NCBI RefSeq assembly: GCF_009914755.1
Contig: NC_060937.1
Length of the DNA stretch: 64,000 bases
From: the human T2T-CHM13v2.0 reference genome, Homo sapiens
Direction: 5' to 3' (one strand)
Shown here: piece by piece, positions 32,589-46,805 of the stretch
Layout of the letters: each line of letters starts with the position of its first letter
How positions within the stretch are numbered: position 1 is the first letter of the stretch
Position numbers and translations under genes: made by a program
Notes under the pieces: model-generated
Told to the model about the DNA's origin: nothing
Databases searched by the model: none
The model's input: the letters and a program-made list of their open reading frames with translations, nothing else

Positions 32589-35058
32589 TGCTATGGTTTG
32601 AATATGGTTTGTTTGGCCCCACCAAGTCTCATGTTGATATGTGATCCCTAATGTTGAAGATGGGATCTGGCAGGAGGTCTTTGGATTACGGGGCAGATCC
32701 CTCATGCATGGATTATTGCCATTCTCTCAAGTGGGTAAGTTCCTGCTCTATTAGTTCCCACAAGAGCTGCTTATTTTAAAAGTGTCTGGCACCTCCACTT
32801 GCCTTTACTCTTGCAATGTGATTTTTGCATAGGTTAGCTCCCCTTCATCTTCCACAATGACTGGAAGCAGACTGAGTTCCTCACCAGAAGCAGATGCTGC
32901 TGCCATGCTTCTTGTACAGCCTGTAGAATGGTAAGCCAAATAAACCACTTTTCTTTATAAATTTCCCAGCATCAGGTATTCCTTTATAGCAACATAAGTG
33001 GGCTAAAACAGAAAACTGGTACTGAAGAGTGGAGTGTTGCTATAAAGATACATGAAAATGTGGAAGCCATTTTGGAACTAGGTAATAGGCAGAGGTTGGA
33101 AGAGTTTACAAAGCTCAGAAGAAGAAAAAAGACAAGGGAAAGTTTGGAACTTCTTAGAGACTGGTTAAATGGTAGTGACCAAAATGCTGATAGAAATATA
33201 GACAGAAAAGGCAATATTGAGGAAGTCTCAGATGGAAATGAGAAACTTATTGGGCTCTAGAGCAAAAGTCACCCTTGTTACACCTAGCAAGGAACTTGCT
33301 GCATTGTGTTTGTCCCCTTGGGCTTGGTGGAAGGCCAAACTTAAGAGTGATGTCTTAGAGTATCTGGCAGAAGAAATTTCTAAGCAGCAAAGCATTCAAG
33401 GTGTGGCATGGATGCTTTTAACAGCTTACAATCAGACACAAGAGTAAAGGAATGAACTAAAGTTGGAACTTATCATTAAAAAGAAAGCAGAGCATAAAAA
33501 TTTGTAAAGTTCACAGTCTGGCTGCATGTTCAAAAAGGAAAGAATATTTTCAGGTGAGGAATCCAAAGATGCTTCAGAGCAACCACTTGCTAGAACAATC
33601 GGTGTGGATAAAATAGAGCCAGGGGCTTATAGTAAAGACAATGGGAAAAAGGCCCCAAAATTATTTCAGAAATATTTGAGGCCACCCCTCCCATCACAGT
33701 TCCAGAGGCCTAGGAGGACAGAATGGTTTTGGGGAAATGGCCTGAGGTGCTGCTGACCTCTGAAGTATATTCCCTGAATCTCTGCCACAACTCAAAAGGC
33801 CCCAGATGCTACTTGGTCTGCCACTCTAGCTGGAAGCCTTGGCATCTTCCACGTGCTGTTAAGTCTGAAGGTGTGCAGAATGTAAGAGTTGGGGAGGCTT
33901 GGCACCTTCCACCTAGATTTCAGAGGATGTATCTAAAAGTATGGATGCTCAGGCAGAAGCCTACTGCAGGTGTGGAGCCCCCACAGAGCGACTCAACCAA
34001 GGCAATGCAGAGCATAAATGTGGAGTTGGAGCCCTGCAGAGAGCACTTTACCAAGGCACTGCCTAATGGTGCCATGAAAGCAGGGCCACAGCACTCCAGA
34101 CCCCAGAATTATGGAGTCACCAGCATGATGCAATCTCAGCCTAAATAAGCAACAAGCATTAAACTCCAACCTGTGAAAGCAGCCACATGGGCTCTGCCCA
34201 GCAAAGCCTTGGGGATGCGGCTGCCCAAGGCCTTGGGAACCCACCCCTCACACCACTGTGCCTAAGATGTGGGACATGAAGACAAAGGATATGATTTTGG
34301 AGATTTCGAGATTATTGTCTGCCCTGCTGGGTTTCAGACTTGTGTGGAAGCCTGTTACCCTTTTCTTTTGGCCAGTTTCTCCCTCTTGGAATGGGATTGT
34401 TTTCCTATACCACCATTGTTTTCCTGCCTGTATCACCATCGTAACTTTGGAGTAAAATCCTTGTTTAGATATTACTGGCTTATGGCTGAAAGGAAGTTGC
34501 CTTGAGTCTCAGGTGAGACTTTGGACTTTTGAGTTGATGCTGGAATAAATTAAGACTTTCCAGGATTATTAGGATGGGATGATTGCATTTCGCAATATGA
34601 GAAAGACATGAGATTTGGCGGCCAAGGGTGGAATGCTATGGTTTGTATATGTTTTGTTTGGCTCTGTTAAGTCTAATATTAAAATTTGATCCTCAGTGTT
34701 GGAGGTGGGGCCTGATGGGAGGAGTTTGAGTAACGGGGGTGGATTTCTCATGAATGGCTTAGTGCCATTCTTGAGGAAGTGAATTCTTACTCTATTTGTT
34801 CTCACAGAAGCCTTTTGTTAAAAGATTCTGGCACCTCCCTCCCCTTCTTGCCTCCATTATTGCCATGTGATTTCTTACAGGCCAGCTCCCCTTTGCCTTC
34901 CACTAGGAGTGAAAACAGCCTGAAGCCCTCACCAGAATCAGATGCTGGTGCCATGCTTCTTGTGCAGCCTGCAGAAATGTGAGCCAAATAAATCTCTTTT
35001 CTTCATACATTACCCAGCATCAGGTATTCCTTTACAGCAACACAAACAGACTAAGTCA
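32589..35058 (+). mobile_element. Full-length MST-family ERVL-MaLR: 5' LTR 32589-33010, internal 33011-34633, 3' LTR 34634-35058
   Basis: Two ~420-bp direct repeats starting tgctatggtttg and ending ctaa..ca, each with AATAAA; ~1.6 kb internal region beginning gaaaactggtac; internal ORF is fragmented. Confidence 0.92.
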
Positions 35059-36420
35059 ACGAACATAGCAAGATAACTGTAGAACTTCTGTAGATTTGAC
35101 TTCAAAGATTAAGTCCTGCATGTTTATCAGTCTTATCAATTTTATTCATAGCACATTCTTTCTTATTGCAATATCTTTTTTCTCTACTCTTCTTCCTACT
35201 CTCTCTTTCAAATACTTTGCTGACATTTCTGACCCTTTTTCTTTTGCTCTCTCACCACATACTATGCACACACATGAACACACATATGTACCTCTTTATC
35301 CCTCTAAGTCTGCTTTCTCGCCTCCTGGTCTCTGTCCTACCTCTATATTTCTATTGTTCTCTCTCTTTCCCTGTGTAGGCAGTGTTTGTGCCTCTCTCTG
35401 TGTAGGCAGTGTCAAGACAAGATGGAGGCCAAAAGTAAGATGGACACTTATATTGAGTGCATAAGAAAACAAACTGATTGATAACATTCATTTTTATGCT
35501 TTCAGCTTGCTATAAGTGCCCTAACTTGGTAACATGGGTCTAACTGGCTGACAACCCTCATATAGCAACATAATAATAGTATCAATACATCACACCTGAA
35601 CAGTACTTTATATATTGCCATATGCTTTCAAATAGCATTTAATTTGCTGGAAGTCAAGCATTATTTATTCACAAGTGCCTGCTTTCACAGACACAAACAT
35701 ACACAGAACCATGTCACACATTGGAATTAATTTATTTGGCAACCTCACCTTCTCAGAACATAGCTGACTTAAAAAAAAAACCACTATTTTTAAAGGACTT
35801 TAAGGAACTAAAGACAAACAGTTGTCGCAGATTCATAAATTAAAGTTTAGAAGCAAGATGTGTATAGAAAAAAAGCACAGAGCATCTCATTTGAATTATT
35901 CATCCATTCACAAATATTTATCGAGTGCCCACTATGCGAGGAAATATTCTAGGTGATAAAAAAATATAACAGTAAAAACATAAACCTGTCTAAATGGAGC
36001 TTTCATTCTTGGGGAGTAGGTGAGACAAACAATAATAAAGGAAAATGAGCAAAATTTATAATACAGTAGAGGATGAGAAGTTCTAAATGAAAAAATAAAT
36101 CAGGGAAGTGAGATAATTATTACTAGAGGAGGAGAAACAGCAATGAATGTATTCAGTAAGAGGTGACTTTTGAGTAACATAGCCTGATGCTACCATTTCT
36201 TCTCAGTTTATTCATCTTTAAAATATAAAAAATAATAACCACTTCACAAAATTACCCTAAGTAAACAAATATACTCTAGCACATAGCCTGAAACTAATTA
36301 ATTATTCAACAAGTGATAGATATGTCTTTATCTCATAAATTTCAATCATCACAAAGATCCTCATCTACTCAGAACCCATTTTTCTATAATTCACATGTAA
36401 TTTTAGCAAGATTATTTTCC

Positions 36421-36734
36421 TATTTTATTTATTTATTTTTCATTGTTTTGAGATGGAGTCTCACTCACTCTGTCACCCAGGCTGGTGTGCAGTGGCATGA
36501 TCTTAGCTCGTTGCAAACTCCACCTCCCAGGTTCAAGTGATTCTCATGCCTTAGCCTCCTAAGTATCTAGGATTACAGCGCCTGCCACTACACCCGGCTA
36601 ATTTTTGAATTTTTTGTAGAGATGACGTTTTGCCACGCTGGCCAGGCTTGTCTCAAACTCCTAGCCTCAAGTGATCCACCCATCTCGGCCTCCCAAAGTG
36701 CTGGGACTACAGGCGTGAGCCACTGTACCTGGCC
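36421..36734 (-). mobile_element. Alu (old S/J)
   Basis: Reverse Alu body. Confidence 0.88.
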
Positions 36735-36982
36735 TATTTTCTTATTTCTAAGCTCAGATATTTTAAGAAAGTATGTATGCATATACATGAATATGTGTGT
36801 ATATATGTGTGTGTGTGTGACATTCATTTGGATTTGTACTACAAATTTAGACTTTCTGTGGTCTATAAACTCCCAAGCCAAGAAATTTACCTAAAAATTT
36901 ATCTTAGGATATGATACCTCTGTTGTAATTGGAAGAACTAAACATAATCTTCTCCAAAACACATATCCCCAACTCAGTCCTC

Positions 36983-37033
36983 CCAGAATGTTATATCCTT
37001 ATATTAGTCCAGAATGTTATATCCTTATATTAG
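36983..37033. repeat. Perfect 25-bp tandem duplication (period 26)
   Basis: ccagaatgttatatccttatattag at 36983-37007 and 37009-37033. Confidence 0.97.
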
Positions 37034-37318
37034 CCTTTATAGACTTTCACAGGTAACGTCTCACAGAGGATGAATTCTTAATCCCAAATTAGTAAATCAT
37101 GAGGAAATAATCTACCATGAGTGAGATTCAACAAACACATAAAAATGATAATGAGAATCAAAACCAAAACCAAACCAAAACAAAAAACTTCAGGTAATAG
37201 AAATATCTGATAAAATCTACCAAATACATTCTTTAAGAATATTTAAGAATTACAAAAGAAATTGAAACCATAAAATGAACACAACTCTGTGAATAATGCC
37301 TTAAAAAAAGATTATCTG

Positions 37319-40120
37319 GGAGTGACATTAACAACATAGCACAGAATAGGAGTTTTCAGCACTTACCTTTCAAAGAAACATCAGTTTGAACTACCATCCA
37401 TGCATGAAGATACCTTCACAAGAGCTAAGGAACCCAGGTGAAAGATTATGGCACCTGGGTGGAACACAGAAATAAGAAAAGACACATTGAAGAGGGAAGG
37501 AAAGACTGTTTCATATTACCCATATCATTCACCCATGACCCAAGCCTGTGCAGCATGCACAGAGGGAGATACCCTCTGTGTGGGGGAAGGAGAGTGAAGT
37601 GAGTACCCAACTTTGCCACAGACCAGAGGACTAGACCAGCCCCAAAGAACCTTACAGCCAGCCCAGCTCCTGCAGCTCCAAGCCCACTCCAACACCAGGC
37701 CAGCTGCACAGCACCCCCAGTCCCCCAAGCACCCAGACTCCATACAAGCCTACCTCAGCTCCAGAACGCCTTCCACATATGGAGGCTCCAGGACTGCCCC
37801 AGAACCAGGCCCATGTCTTATGGACCAAGGTATCAGGCCCAAGTCCCCACTGATCAGTCACCAAGGCAGCCTACCCAAGGACTCCAGCAGTAAACCTGCT
37901 CATAGGCCTCGCCAGCTGTTCCAGCCTGAATCCCTGGACAGGCTGATTTGTAAACGGCTTTCCATGCTGAAGTCAGTTGCAAAGATTGCAAGAGACGCCC
38001 ACTTCCTCAAATGCACAGACACCAACATAAATCCACAATGATCACAAATAATCAGGGGAACTTGACACCAAGAAAGGAACAAAATAAAGCACTAAGTAAC
38101 TGACCCTAAAGAATTCGCGATCTAGAAACTATGTGACAAATATTTCAAAATAATCATCTTAAAGAAGTTCAGTCAGTGATACAAGAACACAGACAACTAA
38201 ATGAAATCAGGAAAACAATATATGAACAAAATGAGAAGTTCACCAAAGAGATAGAGATAGAAGTGATAAAAAGTCAAACATAAATTCTGGGGCTGAAGAA
38301 TACAATGACTGAACTAAAAAAATTCCATAGAGAGCTTCAGTGGCAGAACTTGATCAAATAGAAGAAAGAGTCAGTGAACTCGAAAACAGATTGTGGGAAA
38401 TTATTCAGTTAGAGGAAAAAATGTTTAAAAAAAGAATGAAAAACGCTTATGAGACTTATGAGACAGCATCAACTGAACCAATGTATGCATTATAGGAGTA
38501 TGAGAAAGAACAGAGAAAGCAAAATAAACAGAAAGCATTTTTACAGAAATAATGTCAGAACACTTCCCAAATCTGGACACGTAAATGAACATTCAGATCC
38601 TTGAAGCCTGAAGAACCCCAAATAATTAAACATAAAGAGATTTTCACCAAAACATATTATAATCACATTCTTAAAAGTAAAACATGAAGTGAGAATTTTG
38701 AAAGCAGCTAGAGAAAAGCTATTCATCACATACATGCATACTTCCATAAGACTATCAGTTGATTTCTCACAAAACCTTTGCAGACCAGGAGAGGGTGGGT
38801 TGATATAATAAAAGTACTAAAAGACAGAAACTGCCAACCAAGAATACTATACTCAGCAAAGCTGCCTAGAAATGAAGGACAGATAAAGATTCCCAGACAA
38901 ACAAAAGCTGAGGAAGTTCATCATCACAAGACCTGCCTTACAAGAAATGCTAAAAGGAGTCCTTCTGGTTGAAACAAAAGAATACTAACTAAAACATGAA
39001 AACATATGAAAGTATAAAATGCACTGTAAAAGTAAGAATATAGTCAAATTCAGAATAATATTGTAATAGTGGTGTTTAAAGGACTTTTATCTTCCATATA
39101 AGAATTAAAAGATGAAAGTATTAAAAATAACCATAGCTACAATAAAGGATTAATGAATATATGCAGTATAAAGTATATAAATTATGACATCATTAAAATA
39201 ACATGTGAGGAGATGAGAAGTGAAAGTGTAATGCTTTTGCATGCAGTTGAAATGAAGTTGTTCCCAGCTTAAAATAGACTACTATAACTATAAAATGTTT
39301 TATGGGAGCCCCATGGTAATCCCACACCAAACAAAACCAAACAAAAACTATAGCAGATATACAAAAGATAAAGAGAAAAGAATCAAAGCATAACACTCCA
39401 AAAATAAAGTCATATCACAAATGTAGATAGCAAGAATGGAAGAAAGGAATTACAAAACAATCAGAAAACAATGAATAAAATGTCAATAGAAAGTCTTTAC
39501 CTACCAATAATTACTTTAAATGTAAATAGATTGAATTCTTCAATCAAAAGACATAGAACCGCTGAATGGATTCTTTTAATCCAACTATATGCTACCTACA
39601 AGAGACCCATTTTATCTTTAAGAACAAACATAGGCTGAAAGGGAAGGAATGAAAAAGTATATTCCATGAAAATAGTAAACAACAGAGAGCAGGAGTGGCT
39701 ACACTTATGTGAGCCAAAACAGATTTTAACTCAAATACTGTCACAGCAGATAAAGGGGACATTATATAATAGTAAAGAGGTCAATTCATCGAGAGGCTAT
39801 AACAATTATAAATATATATGCACCCAAAGTCAGAGCACCTAAACATACAAAGCAAATATTAACAGAGCTGAGGGAAAAACAAACAGTAATATAATAATAG
39901 CAGAGACTTCAATACTTCATTTTCAACAATGGATAGATCAGACAGAAAATAAAAAAGAAACAGCAGACTTGAAGGAAACTATGCGAGGTACTGTATATAT
40001 TAATTAGCTTGACTGTGGTAATCATTTCACAATAAATATGCACAAAGCATTATGTTATAAACCTGAAAGATATTTATTTTTTTATTTGTCAATCATAGCT
40101 CAATAAAGCTGGGAAAAAAA
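37319..40120 (+). mobile_element. Old L1M (L1MA9/L1MB-like): 5'UTR, decayed ORF1, ORF2 endonuclease start, then 3'UTR end
   Basis: ORF1 remnants (ORF 38778 NCQPRILYSAKL); ORF2 start at 39480 MSIESLYLPIITLNVNRLNSSIKRHR; 3' end ...tcaataaagctgggaaaaaaa at ~40100-40120. Confidence 0.85.
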
Positions 40121-40731
40121 GAACTTCTTGAATAAAAAACATATTTATTAAAAGTAATGATTCAATGGATACTTTACAAAGCAGATTATATACAGCTGAA
40201 GAGAACATTATTAAAGTAGACATGAGGAAACCATACAGAATAGAGACAGAAAGATAAAGTAACAAACTTTCTTTCTAAAGAAAGCAAAGTTTCCTGACAT
40301 GATAAAAGTGTTATTTTTTAGGACAATGTAATTAATGGGAAGTGTTACAACCATTTCTTCACAAGTCACGAATAAGTCAAGAAGGCCTGCTATTCAAAGT
40401 TGTGCTGCATGTCTCAGGTCATACAAAAAGCAACAGAAAAAAATACGTAAAGATTTAAAAATAAGTAAAAGAAAGAAATAAGACTCTCAGTATTCATTGA
40501 CTATGCAATTGATTCAATAGAAAAATTTAAGAAAGTCTATAAGCTATTAGTATTAAAAAGAAAGTTCAGTATGTTTGCTAGGCATAAAATCAATAAGTAA
40601 AATCAAATCAAACTTTTAGAAAATGTGATTAATAAAAGAACTATTTATAATAGCAACAAATCATAAGATATCCAGGAAGAAATTACAAATTGCAATGATA
40701 TTCAAGACCTTATGATAGAAATTGAAACTTT

Positions 40732-40865
40732 AGCCAAGGGTGCTGGCTCATACCTATAATCCCAACACTTTGGGAGGGTGAGATGAGAGTATTTCTTGAG
40801 TTTAGGAATTTGAGACCAGCCTGGGAAAAATGGTGAGACCCCAAATCTACAAAAAAAAAAAAAAA
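40732..40865 (+). mobile_element. FLAM / Alu left monomer
   Basis: Single Alu arm ending in a poly(A) run. Confidence 0.8.
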
Positions 40866-41052
40866 TGGAAATGTGTTGAAAATAATAAAAGATGTAATTC
40901 CAATCAAAATCCCAACTGGAAACTGTATAGAATTTTCAAAAGCTGACTCTCACTTATATGGAAGAACAAGAAGTCAAGAATGGCAGATATAATTGTGAAA
41001 AAATATCAAGGGGAAATCATTTCATTAGGCATTGAGACCTACTATGCAGAAT

Positions 41053-41365
41053 GGTTGCAGTGGCTCACGCCTGTAATCCCAGCATTTTGGGAGGCTGAGG
41101 CAGGGGATCACCTGAGGTCAGGAGTTCAAGACCAGTCTGGCCAACGTGGTAAAAATACAAAAATTAGCCGGTCTCTACAAAAACACAAAAATTAGCCAGG
41201 TGTGGTGGTGGGTGCCTGTAATCCCAGCTACTCAGGAGGCTGAGTCAGGAGAATCACTTGAACCCAGGAGGCGTAGGTTGCTGTGAGCAGAGATCGTGAC
41301 ACTGCACTCCAGCCTGGGAGACAGAGCAAGACTCCGTCTCAAAAAAACAAAACAAAACAAAAAAA
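41053..41365 (+). mobile_element. AluS with internal rearrangement
   Basis: TSD acctactatgca (41037-41048; 41365-41376). Confidence 0.9.
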
Positions 41366-41894
41366 CCTACTATGCAAATGCTAAAACTATGTGGTAATGA
41401 TGAAAGAACTGATGAATAATCCATTGGGTCAGAATAGCATACCTAAAAACAGATCTACATAGAGGATCTTGGTATATAACAGAAAGCCTAAAAATCAGTA
41501 GAAAAGGTAATGGCTGAGTAGGTACTACAAAATCTACCATTTGCAGATTGAGTCTAATTTTTTAAACTCAATATCTTCAGAAAAATAGAACAGAATACAG
41601 ACTCTCCATAAAATCACAGTCACAATGTTTAGAATACAATCTCAAATTATTCTACATGCAAAGAACAAGAAAAGTGTGACTCATTCTCAAGAGAAAATAC
41701 AAATCAAAAGAACTCAGCCTTAAGGTGACTCAGATGTTGGAATTAGCAGACAATAATTTTAAAGAAGCTATTATAACTATGCTTGACATAAAAGAAAATA
41801 TGTTGGTAATGAATGAAAAGATAGGGAACCCTATCAGAGAAATAGAAACTATAGGAAAAGAACCAAGTGGATATTGTAGAGCTAAAAAATACAA

Positions 41895-42361
41895 TGTATT
41901 CCTTTCCTGTGGTTGCTGTAACAATTATCACAAACTGGTTAGCTTAAAACAATAGAATGTATTATCTCATAGTTTTGGAGGCCAGAAGTCTGAAATCAAA
42001 GTGTCAGCAAGGCCACACTTCCTCTGGAGATCTAGAAGAGAGTCCTTTCATTGTGTTTTCTAGCTTTTGATGACTGTTGGCATTTCTTGTCTACGGCTCC
42101 ATCACTACAATCTTTGCCACTGTGCTCACAATGCCTTCTCCTCTTCTGTCTGGCAAATCGCCATTGTGTGTCTCTTACAAAATTGCTTATCATTGAATTA
42201 AAAGCCCACCCAGATTATCCAGGGTGATCTCTTCATCTCAAGATCTTTAACTTAGTTACATCTGAAATGACTGGGTTTTTTTTCCAAAATAAGGTAACAT
42301 TCAAATGTTCTAGAGATTTATGTAGATACCTTCTGGAAGACTACTTTTCACCCTTATAACA
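41895..42361 (-). mobile_element. MLT1C-like solo LTR
   Basis: TG...CA termini with perfect 5-bp TSD tacaa (41890-41894; 42362-42366); MLT1 motifs (gctgtaaca, ggaggccagaagtctgaaatc). Confidence 0.88.
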
Positions 42362-43325
42362 TACAATCTCCGAAATAAGAAAGAAAAAAGAATGTGCTGG
42401 ATGAAACTGTAGTAGCATGGAGAGTCAGCAAACTCGAAGAAAGAGCAATAGAAATTATTCAATATGAAGAAAAGGTAGAAAAAAAGAATGAAAAGAGCCT
42501 CAGGAGCCTATAGGTCAATATCAAAAGAGCTAACACATGTGTAACTGGAGTGTTAGAAGCAGAGGGAGAGAAGATGAAGGGAAAAAGCCCTCTGTAGAAA
42601 CAATGGTCAAAATTTTCCCAAAGTCTGTGAAAGACATACATTGACAGATTCAAGAAGCTTTGCAAACCCCAGCAGAATTAATAAACCTAGGCAAGATTTC
42701 TGCATTTCATATGAAATTCTGCAATATTAATTCTAAGTAGATTATGTGAGAATTGACTGAGAACGTATATGAGGAAACTTTCCAGGTTGATGGTAACATT
42801 CTAATCTTGATAAAGGTTTGAACTACAGAAGGGCATGCCTTTACCGAAACTCAGCAAACATACGCTTAAGATTTTTACATTTTATTGCTTGTACATTTTA
42901 CCTGAAAATTTAAAAATGTAAATAATATTGAACTATAGTTAACATATGCATGCTATAATATTTAAGAGAAAGTATATCATGCATGCATTTTAATTTTAAA
43001 TGCATGAAAAACAGGGAAAATTGGTAAATGGATAGAAGGATGAACTGATGAATAGATATTTGATAAAGCAAGTATAGCAAATGTTAATGACAGAATCCAG
43101 GTGGTGTAGATACAAGAGTTCACCAGAAAATTACTTTAACTTTGCTGTATGTTTGATATTTTTCACATTAGGATATTGGAGGAAAAATCAATGGGAAAAT
43201 GAAGGGCTGCTTTATATGTAGTTCTGAGTCAATGGATTATCCATATAGAAAAAAAAGATTAAATAAAATTCTGATTTTGTGGGATACATTAAAATAATTC
43301 CAGATGGTTTTAAAAAACTAAATGT

Positions 43326-43833
<508 letters not shown>

Positions 43834-44066
43834 GTGGAAATAACTGTCCTGTAGTAGGAATATGGATTAATAAACTATGGTTTGTTCAATCAATTATCAT
43901 AGAACAGTTAAAATGATTTTATGTATCAAATTAGATAAATGTCAAGACATAATATTGATTAAAAATAAAGTTACAAAGGATTGTGTACAAATATATCATC
44001 TATTTAAAAATTTAAAATACACAAAATGATATATCCTGTATATATCCAATACATGGTAATGATATA

Positions 44067-44409
44067 CAGTCATGCATCACTTAAAGCCTGGAATACATTC
44101 AGAGAAATGTGTTGTTAGGCAATTTCATCAGTGTGCAAATATCACAGAGTCTATTTCCACAAACTTCAATGGGATAGGCGACTACATATCTAGGATATAT
44201 GGCACAATCTATTGCTCCTAGGCTACAAACCTGTACAGAATATTACTGTACTGCATATTGTAGGCAATTGTAATGCAATGGTATTTGTGTAGCTAAACAT
44301 ATCTAAACATAGAAAAGATACAGCTAAAACATGGCATTATAATCCTATGGAACCACTGTGAAATACTGGTCTGTCATTGACAAAATCTTTGTTATGTGGT
44401 GCATGACTA
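44067..44409 (+). mobile_element. Tigger3a (Golem/MER7A)-like DNA transposon
   Basis: TA|CAGTCATGCA...TGCATGACTA|TA terminal inverted repeats; ctcctaggctacaaacctgtacag core. Confidence 0.88.
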
Positions 44410-46805
44410 TACTCCTATTTCAAGAAAGGACTTACCTCTGGTAGAGGAGAAAAAAAATATTTTTAAAATCTTGTGTCTTTAACAATTGTTCTTTTAAAAA
44501 AGAGACCTTGTGTAAATAGGACATAATGTAAATATGTCCTTTTTTCAAAAAGACCTTGTGTAAATATGACATATGTAAATATGATTTATCGGTTTAATTT
44601 TGTCAGTACATACATTGTTATTGATTATATTAATTCATAATATTTTATGTGATCATGTCATCTTTTAAAATTAAAATGTAGATGACTCAAGCCCTCACCT
44701 TACATATAGCATATAACGTACGAAGTCTTTTCAGTATTTCTTTGGAATTTCAGGGGATTTACAATTGGCTAAATGAGTTCCTGTTCTGCGAGCATCTTTC
44801 TTTCTCTCTTGATCCCTGGCTCTGGGCTTCTGCCAGCCTTAACTGCCTCAGTCTTCTTTCAATATGTTCCTTCCACCAACACATCAGCATAGCAGAGGGA
44901 GTCTTAGAGGAGGGGTGCATTGTTCCTCAAACCCCATTATCATTAAGAACACAGAGCTACCATTTATGGTAGATTTGTACTGATAGTTGAGGCTAATGAA
45001 GGATTACAGTTTAATACTTAAATAAAATATTCTAAAAGTTCGTTCAGCCATTTCCACCTCTATTTTAGGCCTACATTGTTTCCATCTTCCTGGGCTTTTC
45101 TCTTAGGCACAGGTGCACACCCACACACAAACATACACACATTCTACTTACTCTGACTGCCAGTCTCCTACCTCCAAATCCTGTTAGTCCTTCTGCAGAA
45201 TAGTTTTGTTCTTCACCCTTGCCTCAAACTAAGTTTTAGGTCTACCTTGCATATCCAAAATATGAATTCTTTGCTAAACAAAGGGCCTTCTATTCAAGGT
45301 CATTATTGTTTAACTGCACGAAACAAAAGGAAAAGCTTTAAAATTACAGGCTTTCCTTTAGCATGATCACATTTTTTTAAAAGACAGCTTATCCCTACAA
45401 GTCTTTCTGAAAATAGAGGGAAAACAGTATGAAAATTCACTCTACCTCTCTCCAGAATACATCTGCAAGAGTGGTGAGTCTCTTCCAGTCTCCTCATCCG
45501 CAATTTACCCAACCTTGCTTCATAAACACATATATACACATGTTAAAAGCTCTGAAATCTTGGTCCATTTAGCAAAGGGCAAACAATTCCATATATTTTA
45601 GTTGATACTGAAGAAATATGTGTATTATTATCCGTATTAAAATGAATGTCCATAATGATGATGCTTTAAATGTTTATGGCATTCTACAGTTTACAAGGAA
45701 CTTTTACATAAAACAACCTGAAAAGAAATATGTAGGGTCCCACAAATAATTTTTAGTAAAACTGAAGCTAGAGTCCAATTCTCTTGACTTCCAACACAGT
45801 GCCTTTTCAACCCATCATGTTGTCTCCAGCCCCACAGTGCCAAGAAAAGGTTAGATTCACGTCAGAGTACTATCGAACGGATAAAGCAAAAGGAAAAGTA
45901 GAAGGTGTTAGAAAAATAGATCATTTAAAAGTTTAAGGCTGGTAGATGAGTGTCTAGGACAGTCCCTAACACATAGTAGACACTCAATAATTATTTGTTG
46001 TATTAATACATAAAATGTCACTTCTGAGCTGTTTAAAATCACAATCTAGTTACCCAGAATGATTCAAGGGTTTTAAATGGCTGTGATCGTGCTACACGGG
46101 ATAGAGAAAGATGCCTTTATGTGCATAGATGTATCCATAAATTTCCCATAGCCATCATTCTCTTCCTTGCCATCTAATTGTACACAAAACCACATTAGAA
46201 AGTGTAAATTATAAACAGTTAATAAAACGTATCCAACAATATAAAAACCCTGCCTAGAGAAAGACACTGAGATTCAGATAAGATTGTTTTACAAATTTGT
46301 GATGTACCATATAGAGGACTTTTGGGTAATCTGCAGTGAAACTAGACTTTCATAAAAGAAAGAGTATGTCTGATATCCTTCTTCCTGGTGCTATAAACAG
46401 GGTTAATAGGAAGTGAAGTCAAACCCTTGACTGTGACTGACATGAGGGAGTAAAATCTGCTCCGAGAATGGGACGCATCAGAGGGCAGAATTCTGGTCTA
46501 GGCTTAGAAAGGACTTCCAGGTGGCTGAGCAAACGGCAGTCTTTTATTTGGCAGAATTTCCTTCAGGGACTAAGAGAAGAGAGGAGATTCGAAGAAAAAG
46601 AGTGAAGATTATGTTCTAAATCACTGATAAAAAGTATTATAATTAAAGCACATTGGAAATTTATAACACTAACCAAAGTATCAGCAATCTCTATCTAGCA
46701 AAAATACCAGAGTGTCATTAAATTACCAGCAAAGAACACACAGCAGAAGAGAGAGGTCTGCATTTTCACCAAACCACAGCAATCCTGGAGAGGGCTCTAT
46801 AGCCA

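Larger units (their letters stand above)
40121..43320 (+). mobile_element. Fragmented older L1M (ME/MC-type) remnants interrupted by Alus and an MLT1
   Basis: A-rich degenerate ORF1, ORF2 and 3'UTR-like segments; continues the L1-like sequence at ~37040-37310. Confidence 0.6.

Noticed and set aside
33060-34505. Several ORFs within the MST internal region
   Set aside because: These are frameshifted remnants of the MaLR internal ORF with no continuous frame.
37613-38041. 142-aa Pro/Gln-rich ORF
   Set aside because: It falls in the C-rich 5'UTR region of an old L1M, so the open frame is compositional.
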